Shown: in pieces, positions 9,601-15,794 of the stretch
Layout: every line of letters begins with the position of its first letter
How positions within the stretch are numbered: position 1 is the first letter of the stretch
Assembly: GCA_964564925.1 (NCBI GenBank)
Contig: CAZMBY010000001.1
Coordinates: 37,929-101,928 of the forward strand
DNA: 64,000 nucleotides
Source: an uncultured Methanosarcinales archaeon
GTDB lineage: Archaea; Nanobdellota; Nanobdellia; Woesearchaeales; GW2011-AR4
Direction of reading: 5' to 3'
Position numbers and translations under genes: made by a program
Notes under the pieces: model-generated
The model's input: only the letters and a program-made list of their open reading frames with translations
The model's database searches: none
Told to the model about the DNA's origin: nothing

Positions 9601-12230
9601 CTGCTTATGGTAATAATGTATATGATAATAACATAACAACTAGCGGGAGTACTGGGTATGGGGTGTGTTTAGATACAACTGCTTATGGTAATAATATTTA
9701 TAGCAATAACATAACAACTAGCGGGAGTAACGGTTTTGGGGTGTATTTACTATCAACTGCTTATAATAATTCTGTTTATGGCAATACGATTGCAACTAGC
9801 GGGAGTACTGGGTATGGGGTGCGTTTAGCATCGACTACTTATGGTAATAATGTATATGATAATAACATAACAACTAGCGGGGGTAACGGTTTTGGGGTGT
9901 ATTTACAATCAACTGCTTATAATAATTCTGTTTATGGCAATACGATTGCAACTAGCGGGAGTACTGGGTATGGAGTGTATTTACTATCAACTGCTTATAA
10001 TAATTCTGTTTATAGCAATACTATCACAACATCCAATTTGTCCAGTCACGGTATTTATCTAAATAACAATGTTTTCAACAACACAATTTATGGCAACAAC
10101 ATTACAACAAAAAATACAAGCAGTTCTTATAGTATTTACTTGGAAAGGGGCGTAAACAACAATTCATTCTACAGGAATAGGATATCATCATTGGCAGCAG
10201 GAATTGTGATTAACGGAAGCACTCCGACAGATACTGAAGTGACAACATTCAATTCGTTCACAAACGATACAATAGTTCCATGCACAACAGGATGCGCTTC
10301 TAACTACCAAGATATTGTTCTGACAGCAAATGCAACCGATATAACATTCATTAATGCCAGCTTCAACAAGTCAAGAGTTGCATTTAGTCCTTTGGGATTA
10401 GCTGCGCCAAGAGAAAAAAACAACATGACGGTCCAATGGTTCCTTGATGTCAACGTAACAAATTCCTCAAACAATAATCCCATAGCAAATGCACAGGTTG
10501 TTATCAATGACACAAATGGCTTAAATATATTTAATGGCACGACAGATGCAACTGGAGGCATTCCCACACAGCTTGTCACAGAATTTACAATGAACGGCTC
10601 TGTCCCTTGGGGCAATAATGACAGCTGCAGGCAGGTATTAAACACTCTTATAACTGAAAACTTGACTTGCTTCACAACCTACAACATAAGCGTTAATTAT
10701 ACAGGTTATAATAATAACAACACAAAGGCTGATGTTAACAGCAGCAAGTTCTTGAATTTGAGCATGGCGATTATCGCAGACACAACATTCCCAATAGTCA
10801 ACACAACATTAAACGCGACAATTGCATCAGAAGGAACATCTCAGTTCACAGCAAGGAATATAGATGTGATTAATTTCACAGGCAACATCACAGATGAAAC
10901 TGGATTGTTGTCAGCAAACTGGACTGTAAATTTCTCAAACAATAAGCAGTTCATGAACTACACATTATCAGGCACTACAGCGCAAGTGAGCAACACAACT
11001 GATTTAAGGGGATTGGTAAATGGAAGCGTATTGAATTTCACTTTGTATGCAACTGACACTTCAAATAACGTAAAACAAAATTCAACTTTGCTTATCGTGA
11101 CAGACGCTTTAGTGCCTGTTGTTAACACAACTTTCAATATTTCATCTCCATTCATTAACAACGTGATTAACTTTACTGGAAACATAACTGATGAAAGTGG
11201 ATTGAAGTTTGTTAATGTGACTTACAATTTAAGTGGAGTAATAACATACGCAAACTACACTATTTCAGGAACAAGCATACAGATAAGCAATGTCACAACA
11301 TTGTGCAGCTCTGCTTGTGTATTAAACTTCACTATGTTTGCAACTGACACTTCGAGTAATGTCAAGCAGAACAGCACTTTGATCACAGTTACAAACAGAG
11401 CGCCAATAATCAAGCTCAACAACGTGACTGGTTTTGCTGTTGATCCTGTTGAAGCGGGAAATTCAATAATCTTGCTCTCATTCAATGTCACAGATTCTGA
11501 TGGAGCAGCAACAATCAATGCAAGCAAAGCGATTGTCAACCTGACTCTGGGAACAAATGATGGGCAGTTCAGGTTTAACATATCAAGGCCTGATAGCGAC
11601 TCAGAATTTGGCACATGCATCAATCACACAGAACCAGGTCCCGGCTCTGAAACTGCAAGAGTGGTAATAAACTGCACTGTTTTGTTAAGATACTATGAAA
11701 ATTCAAGCTCCAACTGGGTGATTAATATCAGTGTAAAGGATATATCAGGCTCGGCTGCAATAAATGACACTTTGAGATTTACTTATAATGTCTTGTCTGC
11801 GATTTCGTTGCCATACCAATCCATAAACTTCAGCACTGTAAACCTTGGGCAGCAGAATGTGAAGGCGTATCCGCATATCCTGATGAACAACACAGGCAAT
11901 GATGACTTCAACAGGATAAACATGAGCGCAGCTGCACTTGTCGGCACGACAACAGCATCTGAGAGTATTGGAGTCACTAACTTTGGCGTCAACTTGACAA
12001 ACAGCTCAACATCTGAAAACAAATACCTGGCATTCTCTGCTGATGGCACAGTTAATTTGAGAAATCCTCTTAATGGGAGCAACGCCTCTTTATATCACGG
12101 GCATACAAGCGCCTTCGCTCCAAACAATGACAAAGGGAACATAAGCGCTTTCATTTGGGTCAATGTGCCAAGCTCTGGATTGAGCGCGCAATTATACAAC
12201 GCGACCTGGAATATAACTGCTGTTTCTTGA
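615..12230 (+). CDS. Giant cell-surface protein/adhesin (3871 aa): N-terminal TM, about 12 Ig-like repeats, two split-Ig modules with inserts, parallel beta-helix, C-terminal fimbrial-like domain
   Basis: N-terminal hydrophobic helix; about 96-aa repeats (P.VNT.FN..INFTGNITDE..ATDTSNNVKQNSTL); GVYL..AYNN.VY.N.I beta-helix repeats; very dense N-x-S/T sequons. Confidence 0.85.
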   Translation: MNRIQNFEKYGYVYAAVLAVILLSAIILINKPATTGFAVANESSDDKAKSKDINESVEPASKKTIEIPAINVSAVETGNNVTTNETKDKSKEEKQSEKKPEDKTIEIKLDYKSGTLYDSDDDGVETTTGIVDLSVENTKFGWDAKDENLCTRWEVYSIEDAASTILCYGGEKCCEFVNLLSSRPTWNEPFYASYGSYGATLLNIVSAQVLYVDYSLDPNEPFAEVYNSEWENSSVQFFSEYIDFKDTCIDTCLLSGFNESSYKLIFEINNSVLVLDTLTYTTVETIDKVRVDVDVKDSEGIASGSYSLYKNNDLVTGEYVEPDYYNIEIIPNEKIIDRLVVRLNISKPLTAKIGLDDVTRDISIDYVDIKKTFAASLEDLQFDEAELEATASANSLYRCKQWDFERELCFGSWEKVMDLAAGQQYKLSLAKEAAGFVEGNANITISNATDLIFVANIPNISIVKNGNATINLSQYFSNIGDKTTFTYYLQDNMSILFENDIATIIPGKDFVGRRITFIIGNQSDTVAVSNVFSINLTEENPALKRGKRGPNIFEDEDVQFSRDGIIFETPQGDYLETKIIPDLPTPHSHGYEISRRKLAQKFAFNATNNGIANQLKNKAVNVAYQLNFLHDISGEYLFDKINLKGNRFFFKKDFYCNVQTGSNQYNVKGNILNQNLLEGGESLVINISYSLPADIQKDSVITCYDPVQPNTDYVDGSATLIGTGSPETTLASLGTDIPAGTNAVLVFAYMNTSSASDSDTTFTLRRNGNLILTSAGASQIETTAVAETELWAGVYLDENAPASPLYELNATSTLSNAIIGEAKIAVLNGVTGYYNRSSRTPITVSTTVPTSLAMAKTNLPAGNHTIIAIVEYNMTGAAGRNIAAKGLQLRNVSGNTFSVLAQNEYIIELSSSGAADNSRVAVLTAYDTNAPANAQYNLTSVISGSLVVGTGTILVLDSNNMSIAYSNISNNLGITATNITSYTTDFPADGDSIVIATAQATSTTSNKFIPAGGLQIRQNNESSVNGTSSEFTLMVDVGVAGNFFGLVRKYGNISANPDYSLLSNISSTAHVTTMTGRLLAIRVKSPTADVTFPMVNTSFNISSPTAGQVINFTGNATDDIGLVAMNITYNLSGIITYLNFSLSGLPKFQQVSNVTTLPATAAVLNFTLYATDIGNNVKQNSTLISVTTVDQFPSLKISFNLSSIQQGNVINFSANATDDAGLLFINLTNNQSGSGQFMNYSVSGISYNVSNTTSITAAAGNVINFTAYATDSINQVTQLSQLFTVIESAAPVVNTTFNISSPLINNVINFTGNITDESGLLMANITWNISGIITYSNYTISGTSAQVSNATQLTSSGVFNFTMFATDTSNNVKQNSTLIIVPFGTFYVNISLPLNNSQVTVNTTFSLIANVTCKNADCGVVQGLARYNDSGSNISNKSISTVKFATPLFINGSGSGIKQYNFGGVTYPAAITSSNATYGYHTSTKPQFVNLTSETEFGGGGNTANNYTNISSLDEVYALSTGGSSRFVAHKFIFKINESESAVSKLTIFWNGTGGRSGGDLGGPDVNINLSIWDSNAWEVLGNCTKPNVNPITDSGCVINSTIITNIGNYINETDNNAVYILAISSFSGQGGPGGYTSAVKTNYIELNVTSTAQNPLSCGNMLQNDQCQLNWTINASGDVGSQLVVDVNFSSDNANVAANDTEDHLIIIVGAADTTFPIVNTSFNISSPLINNVINFTGNITDETGLLMANITWNISGIITYSNYTISGTSAQVSNATQLTSSGVFNFTMYATDTNNNVKQNSTLIIVPFGGLLINISLPLNNSQVVANTTFSLIANVTCKNADCGVVQGIARYNDSASNVSNKSISITFGATPLFVNGTGEVIKHYDFGGITYPSPVALSNATYGNHTSTKPDSINLSGESEFGSGGSLNINYSNISSLDDVFAKTRDNTAKFAAQKFTFKINESEDAISSLKILWNGTGGRGAEGDSQGVNVNVSIWNSNAWEAIGNCTKPSVDASSDTGCVINISITSNIANYINETDNNAVYILALSMFPGSFGRVSVVRTNYIELNATTTAANPLSCGNMLQNDQCQLNWTINASGDVGSQLVVDVNFSSDNANVVANDTEDHLITIVGAADTTPPIVNTTLNATTGADGYQFTSRNIDVLNFTGNVTDETALLSANWTVNFSSNKQFMNYTLSGTSAQASNTTDLRGLVNGSVLNFTLFATDTSNNVKQNSTLLIVTDALVPVVNTTLNATPRIKDVINITANITDETRIMTANITINFTTGTVYVNFTSTSASSQFSNSSQIPDNCVGGCVINYTVYATDTSNNVKQNSTVVTVIDNVFPIVNTTFNKTNPAVNDIINISGNITDETGLLSANITWNISGIITYSNYTLSGTSAQLSNSTALACTESCVINFTMYATDASANVKQNSTLLIINDLTAPVANTTFNSTIPRNIDIINFSGNITDGIGLLSANWTINYSNNKIYMNYTLSGTTAQVSNTTDLRGLVNGSVLNFTLYATDTSNNVKQNSTLLIVIDSLAPVVNTTFNISSPFINNVINFTGNITDESGLLMANITWNISGMITYSNYTLSGTSAQVSNATTLPSTPAVINFTMFATDTSNNVKQNSTLISVIDLIPRINASLDDALPFQFSRVNMTANVSDETGLAFCQFIDNQSLSNGAKTYFNTSVTGTSDQCSQNYTIRLAAGSVINFTVIVNDTNNNINASVNRSDSGTLHIGQIITVRSNAINNCTTLDAPNSVFNLTQDANSGETCFYIAANNVTLDCKGFEINYSQSAVGYGINISSQNYSTVKSCNIVQADLSSDTANSYGVYVFKNSSNNTFYNNTITTSGSNANGVHLTSTAYNNSVYSNTIATSGAGIGVYLLLTAYGNNVHNNNITITTSDSNGFGVSLNSNAYNNSVYGNTIITSGSTGYGVYLLSTAYNNSVYSNTIATSGGVGIGVYLDTTAYGNNIYSNNITTTGSNGNGVCLDTTAYGNNVYDNNITTSGSTGYGVCLDTTAYGNNIYSNNITTSGSNGFGVYLLSTAYNNSVYGNTIATSGSTGYGVRLASTTYGNNVYDNNITTSGGNGFGVYLQSTAYNNSVYGNTIATSGSTGYGVYLLSTAYNNSVYSNTITTSNLSSHGIYLNNNVFNNTIYGNNITTKNTSSSYSIYLERGVNNNSFYRNRISSLAAGIVINGSTPTDTEVTTFNSFTNDTIVPCTTGCASNYQDIVLTANATDITFINASFNKSRVAFSPLGLAAPREKNNMTVQWFLDVNVTNSSNNNPIANAQVVINDTNGLNIFNGTTDATGGIPTQLVTEFTMNGSVPWGNNDSCRQVLNTLITENLTCFTTYNISVNYTGYNNNNTKADVNSSKFLNLSMAIIADTTFPIVNTTLNATIASEGTSQFTARNIDVINFTGNITDETGLLSANWTVNFSNNKQFMNYTLSGTTAQVSNTTDLRGLVNGSVLNFTLYATDTSNNVKQNSTLLIVTDALVPVVNTTFNISSPFINNVINFTGNITDESGLKFVNVTYNLSGVITYANYTISGTSIQISNVTTLCSSACVLNFTMFATDTSSNVKQNSTLITVTNRAPIIKLNNVTGFAVDPVEAGNSIILLSFNVTDSDGAATINASKAIVNLTLGTNDGQFRFNISRPDSDSEFGTCINHTEPGPGSETARVVINCTVLLRYYENSSSNWVINISVKDISGSAAINDTLRFTYNVLSAISLPYQSINFSTVNLGQQNVKAYPHILMNNTGNDDFNRINMSAAALVGTTTASESIGVTNFGVNLTNSSTSENKYLAFSADGTVNLRNPLNGSNASLYHGHTSAFAPNNDKGNISAFIWVNVPSSGLSAQLYNATWNITAVS
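4483..7030 (+). repeat. Tandem duplication of a roughly 1.28-kb unit inside the giant gene
   Basis: Offset about 1281 bp; near-identical flanks (ANVTCKNADCGVVQG; NPLSCGNMLQNDQCQLNWTINASGDVGSQL) around a diverged centre. Confidence 0.9.
9180..10030 (+). repeat. About 11 tandem 78-bp (26-aa) repeats encoding beta-helix coils
   Basis: Unit spacing 78 bp (e.g. 9417 to 9495); consensus TGYGVYLLSTAYNNSVYSNTIATSG. Confidence 0.9.
11826..12223 (+). repeat. 398-bp direct repeat, copy 1 (copy 2 at 14776-15173)
   Basis: Base-by-base comparison finds one mismatch (gaaggcg vs gagggcg); offset 2950 bp. Confidence 0.95.
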
Positions 12231-12300
12231 ATCTATTGCAACTGCCCATGAACTACGAGGGAGAATAAATGCCTGAAAAACAAAAAGTTTAGGGGGTTTT

Positions 12301-12840
12301 TTACTCATATAATTCTTTGGGTATACTAAACTCTTTATTGGAAAACACTGTTTCTTCGCATTGGGATATAGCTTTCTTGCAAATATCCGTCATATACTTA
12401 TATTTGCCCATAATTTCCTGGCTCTTGATTGAAGAACCGTATCTGGCTTGTTCCCTTTCATCCACATCTGATTTTTCTGCTTTCTCCCTGTAAACCGTTA
12501 TTCTGTCAATAAAATCATCATCGTATTCTATGAGATTGCTGTCTTTGACATATCTCAGAAAAGCAGCGGTGCATTTTTGGCTTCTGCTTTCTATCCCAAA
12601 TTTTGACAAAATAGCAAGAGCACAATAATAAAGAGTGTAAAACCATTCTTCCGGAATCTTATAGTCAAATCCCTTCTCCTTGTAAAAGTCGCAAAGTTCC
12701 AAGTTCTTCTTTGCCTTGGCAATATACTCTTGTGCTTTTTTATCGTCCTGTGTAATGATAAGCAACCCTTTGTGCTTTTTTCCTTTTTTCTCGTCCTTTA
12801 TTGCTGTTATAAAACAATCTCTGACACTTTCTGGTTTCAT
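12301..12840 (-). CDS. HEPN domain protein (toxin-side partner of a HEPN-MNT pair)
   Basis: AKAKKNL..FYTLYYCALAIL..GIESRSQKC..REQARYG (R-x4-Y type HEPN); 4-bp overlap with the MNT gene. Confidence 0.75.
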   Translation of the reverse strand: MKPESVRDCFITAIKDEKKGKKHKGLLIITQDDKKAQEYIAKAKKNLELCDFYKEKGFDYKIPEEWFYTLYYCALAILSKFGIESRSQKCTAAFLRYVKDSNLIEYDDDFIDRITVYREKAEKSDVDEREQARYGSSIKSQEIMGKYKYMTDICKKAISQCEETVFSNKEFSIPKELYE

Positions 12841-13439
12841 TTTCTGGCTATTCTTTTGAAGAATTCAATAAACCTTTCCTGGCCAAATAATACTATGCCT
12901 TTCTTTATTGCATCAATAAATGCCTTATTTGGCTTTTCAAGCTCCTGCTTGAATTCTAGCGGTGTAAAGTTTATAATATGTATTTTCTTGCTTAGGGTTT
13001 TTTGTATATTTTTTATTGTTTCCTCAATTTCTATAAACTTATTTTTTTTTGAGGTTATTCCCAAGACATCGACATCATCAGCTTCCTGCGGTGAATTGAT
13101 TATGCTGCCGTATAGAATAAAAAAATCTCCTTTGCTTTCAAGTTCCGCAAAATTATTTCGCCATCTTTGGTATTTTAAGGCATCTTCAGTCAAATGCAGT
13201 GCCAAATTTTTCTCCACAAGCGGGTTATCCCAATTCAAGCTTATATTGTAAGTGCTTGTTTTTCCGGAGCCGATTTTGGAAAGGATAATAAGCTTTTCAG
13301 ACTTCATTTTCTTAAGGATCTTCCATGTTCCTGGCCTGCTTAATCCAGCCTCATCTGCTAAATAGGTTATAGTTGGCTTTATTGCAGAATCTTTCAATAA
13401 TATTTTCAAAATTTTTGAGTTTGATTTTTTATGCTCCAT
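12837..13439 (-). CDS. Winged-HTH plus minimal nucleotidyltransferase (MNT antitoxin)
   Basis: N-terminal HTH (TITYLADEAGLSRPGTWKIL); LYGS..DDVDV NTase motif; C-terminal IKKGIVLFG. Confidence 0.8.
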   Translation of the reverse strand: MEHKKSNSKILKILLKDSAIKPTITYLADEAGLSRPGTWKILKKMKSEKLIILSKIGSGKTSTYNISLNWDNPLVEKNLALHLTEDALKYQRWRNNFAELESKGDFFILYGSIINSPQEADDVDVLGITSKKNKFIEIEETIKNIQKTLSKKIHIINFTPLEFKQELEKPNKAFIDAIKKGIVLFGQERFIEFFKRIARK

Positions 13440-13454
13440 CGGCTATTTCCTTTT

Positions 13455-13502
13455 AGTTAATAGTTATTAACTTATCGTTAATAGTATATAAAAATGTTTC
13501 GG
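13455..13502 (-). promoter_or_regulatory. BRE/TATA promoter and palindromic operator of the MNT-HEPN operon
   Basis: Minus strand CCGAAACATTTTTATATA (13485-13502); perfect 8-bp inverted repeat AGTTAATA-gt-TATTAACT (13455-13472) between TATA and start codon. Confidence 0.65.
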
Positions 13503-13521
13503 TTTTTTCTTTCATATACCG

Positions 13522-13580
13522 AGCTCTGGATTAAGCGCGCAATTATACAACGCAACTTGGAATATAACTGCTGTTTCTTG
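13522..13580 (+). repeat. Orphan 59-bp copy of the 3' end of the giant gene (matches 12171-12229)
   Basis: 56 of 59 identical; the three differences are at third codon positions; weaker similarity continues about 40 bp downstream. Confidence 0.9.
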
Positions 13581-13630
13581 GATACTACTGTATTGCTATT
13601 GAGTTGCGAAGAAGAAAAATAAACCATAAC

Positions 13631-13760
13631 TCATTCATTTTGCTCTTGCTCAAGGCTTGACAATAATTTTTTCAGCTTCAATTTTGGCGTCTAAGTTTTT
13701 ATTGCAGCCCAGACAAGATTGCAGTCAATTCCAAAAATTGCATGATTGCTAAGCACTTTT
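13631..13760 (-). pseudogene. Remnant of a DUF86/HepT-type HEPN toxin C-terminus
   Basis: Manual translation KVLSNHAIFGIDCNLVWAAIKT*TPKLKLKKLL resembles the H.YFG(I/V)D..(L/I)VW..IK..P.LK motif; in-frame TAG. Confidence 0.55.
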
Positions 13761-14235
13761 AGCTTGTCTGCCTTCTTTACCTTAATAATGGTCAAAGCTA
13801 ATGGGTTATACTCAATCACCTTTTCACTTGTGGGATATTGAATTTCAAGTGCCACTTCCAATCATAAACTAGGATTATTTAAATATTTTTCTTGAAGTTT
13901 ACCTCTTTCTTGAAAAATACTCCAGGAAAGGCTCATCCACTTTTGGATGCCGTTTTACCTTTCTTTTCTTTTGCCTCAACATTATAATTATTTTATGAAA
14001 TTCGAATAAACCTTTGCGGATTTCGTTAACAATATTGGCAGTTTAACTTCAAAAAGCAAAACTTTTATATACAACTTATTGAATAAATCATTTATATAAT
14101 ATCTTAAAAGGTATACTTGATCCATATTATAAATAAGTTTCAATAGTTATAGGCCAAAATTGGTTTGTAGCCCATTAGCTTTTTCTTGGCTGTGAATCGC
14201 GGGGGAGTTTTGGGTTTATAACGAAAACCCCGAAA

Positions 14236-15180
14236 ATGATTGTAAGGATAAAAAAGAGGAGCCTGGCATTATTAGTTATACTTGCTATTGTCAGTGTATC
14301 TATAGTGTATGCAGCTTCCACTTCTGTTGTAAAAAAATTTAAGGTTGATCTTGTCATTACAAACAGAAATCCGCAGATTAATGTTTCTAATGTGAGCGGT
14401 TTTTCTGTTGATCCTTCAGAGGGAGGAAATTCAATTGTTTTGATTTCATTCAATGTCACAGACGCAGATGGAGCAGGCAATATAAACGCAAGCACAGCCA
14501 TAGTCAATTTCACGCTTGGCTCTCCGAATGGGCAGCATTACGCCAATGTATCTGCTGTAGCAAGCTCTGAATTCGGAACGTGCATAAACCATAGCGAATC
14601 GAGCACAGTAGTTGTGGTAAATTGCACTGTTGTAGTCCCATATTTCGCTAATTCCAGCTCTATTTGGGTTGTGAATATAAGCATTAGAGATATATTTGGC
14701 GGCTCAGCCACAAATGACACACTAAGGTTTACATATAACATCCTCTCAGCGTTGTCATTGCCCTATTCATTCACCAACTTCAGCACTGTAAACCTTGGGC
14801 AGCAGAATGTGAGGGCGTATCCGCATATCCTGATGAACAACACAGGCAATGATGACTTCAACAGGATAAACATGAGCGCAGCTGCACTTGTCGGCACGAC
14901 AACAGCATCTGAGAGTATTGGAGTCACTAACTTTGGCGTCAACTTGACAAACAGCTCAACATCTGAAAACAAATACCTGGCATTCTCTGCTGATGGCACA
15001 GTTAATTTGAGAAATCCTCTTAATGGGAGCAACGCCTCTTTATATCACGGGCATACAAGCGCCTTCGCTCCAAACAATGACAAAGGGAACATAAGCGCTT
15101 TCATTTGGGTCAATGTGCCAAGCTCTGGATTGAGCGCGCAATTATACAACGCGACCTGGAATATAACTGCTGTGTCGTAA
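14236..15180 (+). CDS. Secreted 314-aa paralogue of the giant protein's C-terminal two domains (candidate major filament subunit)
   Basis: Signal peptide (KKRSLALL..VYA); colinear homology with the giant protein from TNR.P.I to LYNATWNITAVS. Confidence 0.85.
   Translation: MIVRIKKRSLALLVILAIVSVSIVYAASTSVVKKFKVDLVITNRNPQINVSNVSGFSVDPSEGGNSIVLISFNVTDADGAGNINASTAIVNFTLGSPNGQHYANVSAVASSEFGTCINHSESSTVVVVNCTVVVPYFANSSSIWVVNISIRDIFGGSATNDTLRFTYNILSALSLPYSFTNFSTVNLGQQNVRAYPHILMNNTGNDDFNRINMSAAALVGTTTASESIGVTNFGVNLTNSSTSENKYLAFSADGTVNLRNPLNGSNASLYHGHTSAFAPNNDKGNISAFIWVNVPSSGLSAQLYNATWNITAVS
14776..15173 (+). repeat. 398-bp direct repeat, copy 2
   Basis: Near-identical to 11826-12223. Confidence 0.95.
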
Positions 15181-15220
15181 CTAAAAAAATTTATTAATAG
15201 AGCAAATCCTAACTAGGTGA

Positions 15221-15772
15221 ATGAAGCGTTTAATAGTTCTGGCAGCAGCTTTGATGATTGCGATTCCAATTGTAAATTCTCTTGGTGTAGTGTCTGATTA
15301 TTTGGAAGGAAACACTTTGGAGATAACAGAAGGCCAATCAAAGATTTTCAGCATAAGGCTCCAAAATCCAACTGAAAGCGAAATAGCTATTGTTTTGAAT
15401 TACGACAAGGCTTTTATGAAAGCTGTAGACTATAAAGAAGTTTATGTTTTGCCTGCCAAAACATCAGGATACAGGGTATTATTCAATGTAACAGCGCCAG
15501 GCAAGCCAGGCATGTACGCCATAAGCTATACTGTTGGCGAGGTAGAGCCAAGCGGCGGCGGAGGCTTGCCATTGCGCCTTAAGATAAGCAAAAATCTTAA
15601 TCTGAAGGTTGTTGAAGACCCAAACAAGCCAAAAGTCAGCCGCTCTAAGGATGACTTTATGGCAATATTGCTGATGATGGCAATGATTGCAGGCATTTTG
15701 ATAGTGTTTCTGTACAGAAAAAGCCGCAGAAGACATGCCAAAAGGTATACCAATAGAAAAGTAAATAAATGA
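15221..15772 (+). CDS. Secreted Ig-fold protein with C-terminal TM anchor and basic tail
   Basis: Signal peptide; FSIRLQNP..FNVTAP..PGMY beta-sandwich pattern; TM followed by RKSRRR; AGGTGA RBS. Confidence 0.7.
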   Translation: MKRLIVLAAALMIAIPIVNSLGVVSDYLEGNTLEITEGQSKIFSIRLQNPTESEIAIVLNYDKAFMKAVDYKEVYVLPAKTSGYRVLFNVTAPGKPGMYAISYTVGEVEPSGGGGLPLRLKISKNLNLKVVEDPNKPKVSRSKDDFMAILLMMAMIAGILIVFLYRKSRRRHAKRYTNRKVNK

Positions 15773-15794
15773 TTAGTGTAAGGTTCTTGTAAAC

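Noticed and set aside
9180..10030. Regular repeats as a CRISPR array
   Set aside because: In-frame coding 78-bp units with no unique spacers and no cas genes
11826..15173. Repeat pairs as a diversity-generating retroelement TR/VR
   Set aside because: No reverse transcriptase in the window; the long pair has one mismatch and the short copy differs only synonymously, including a C/T change
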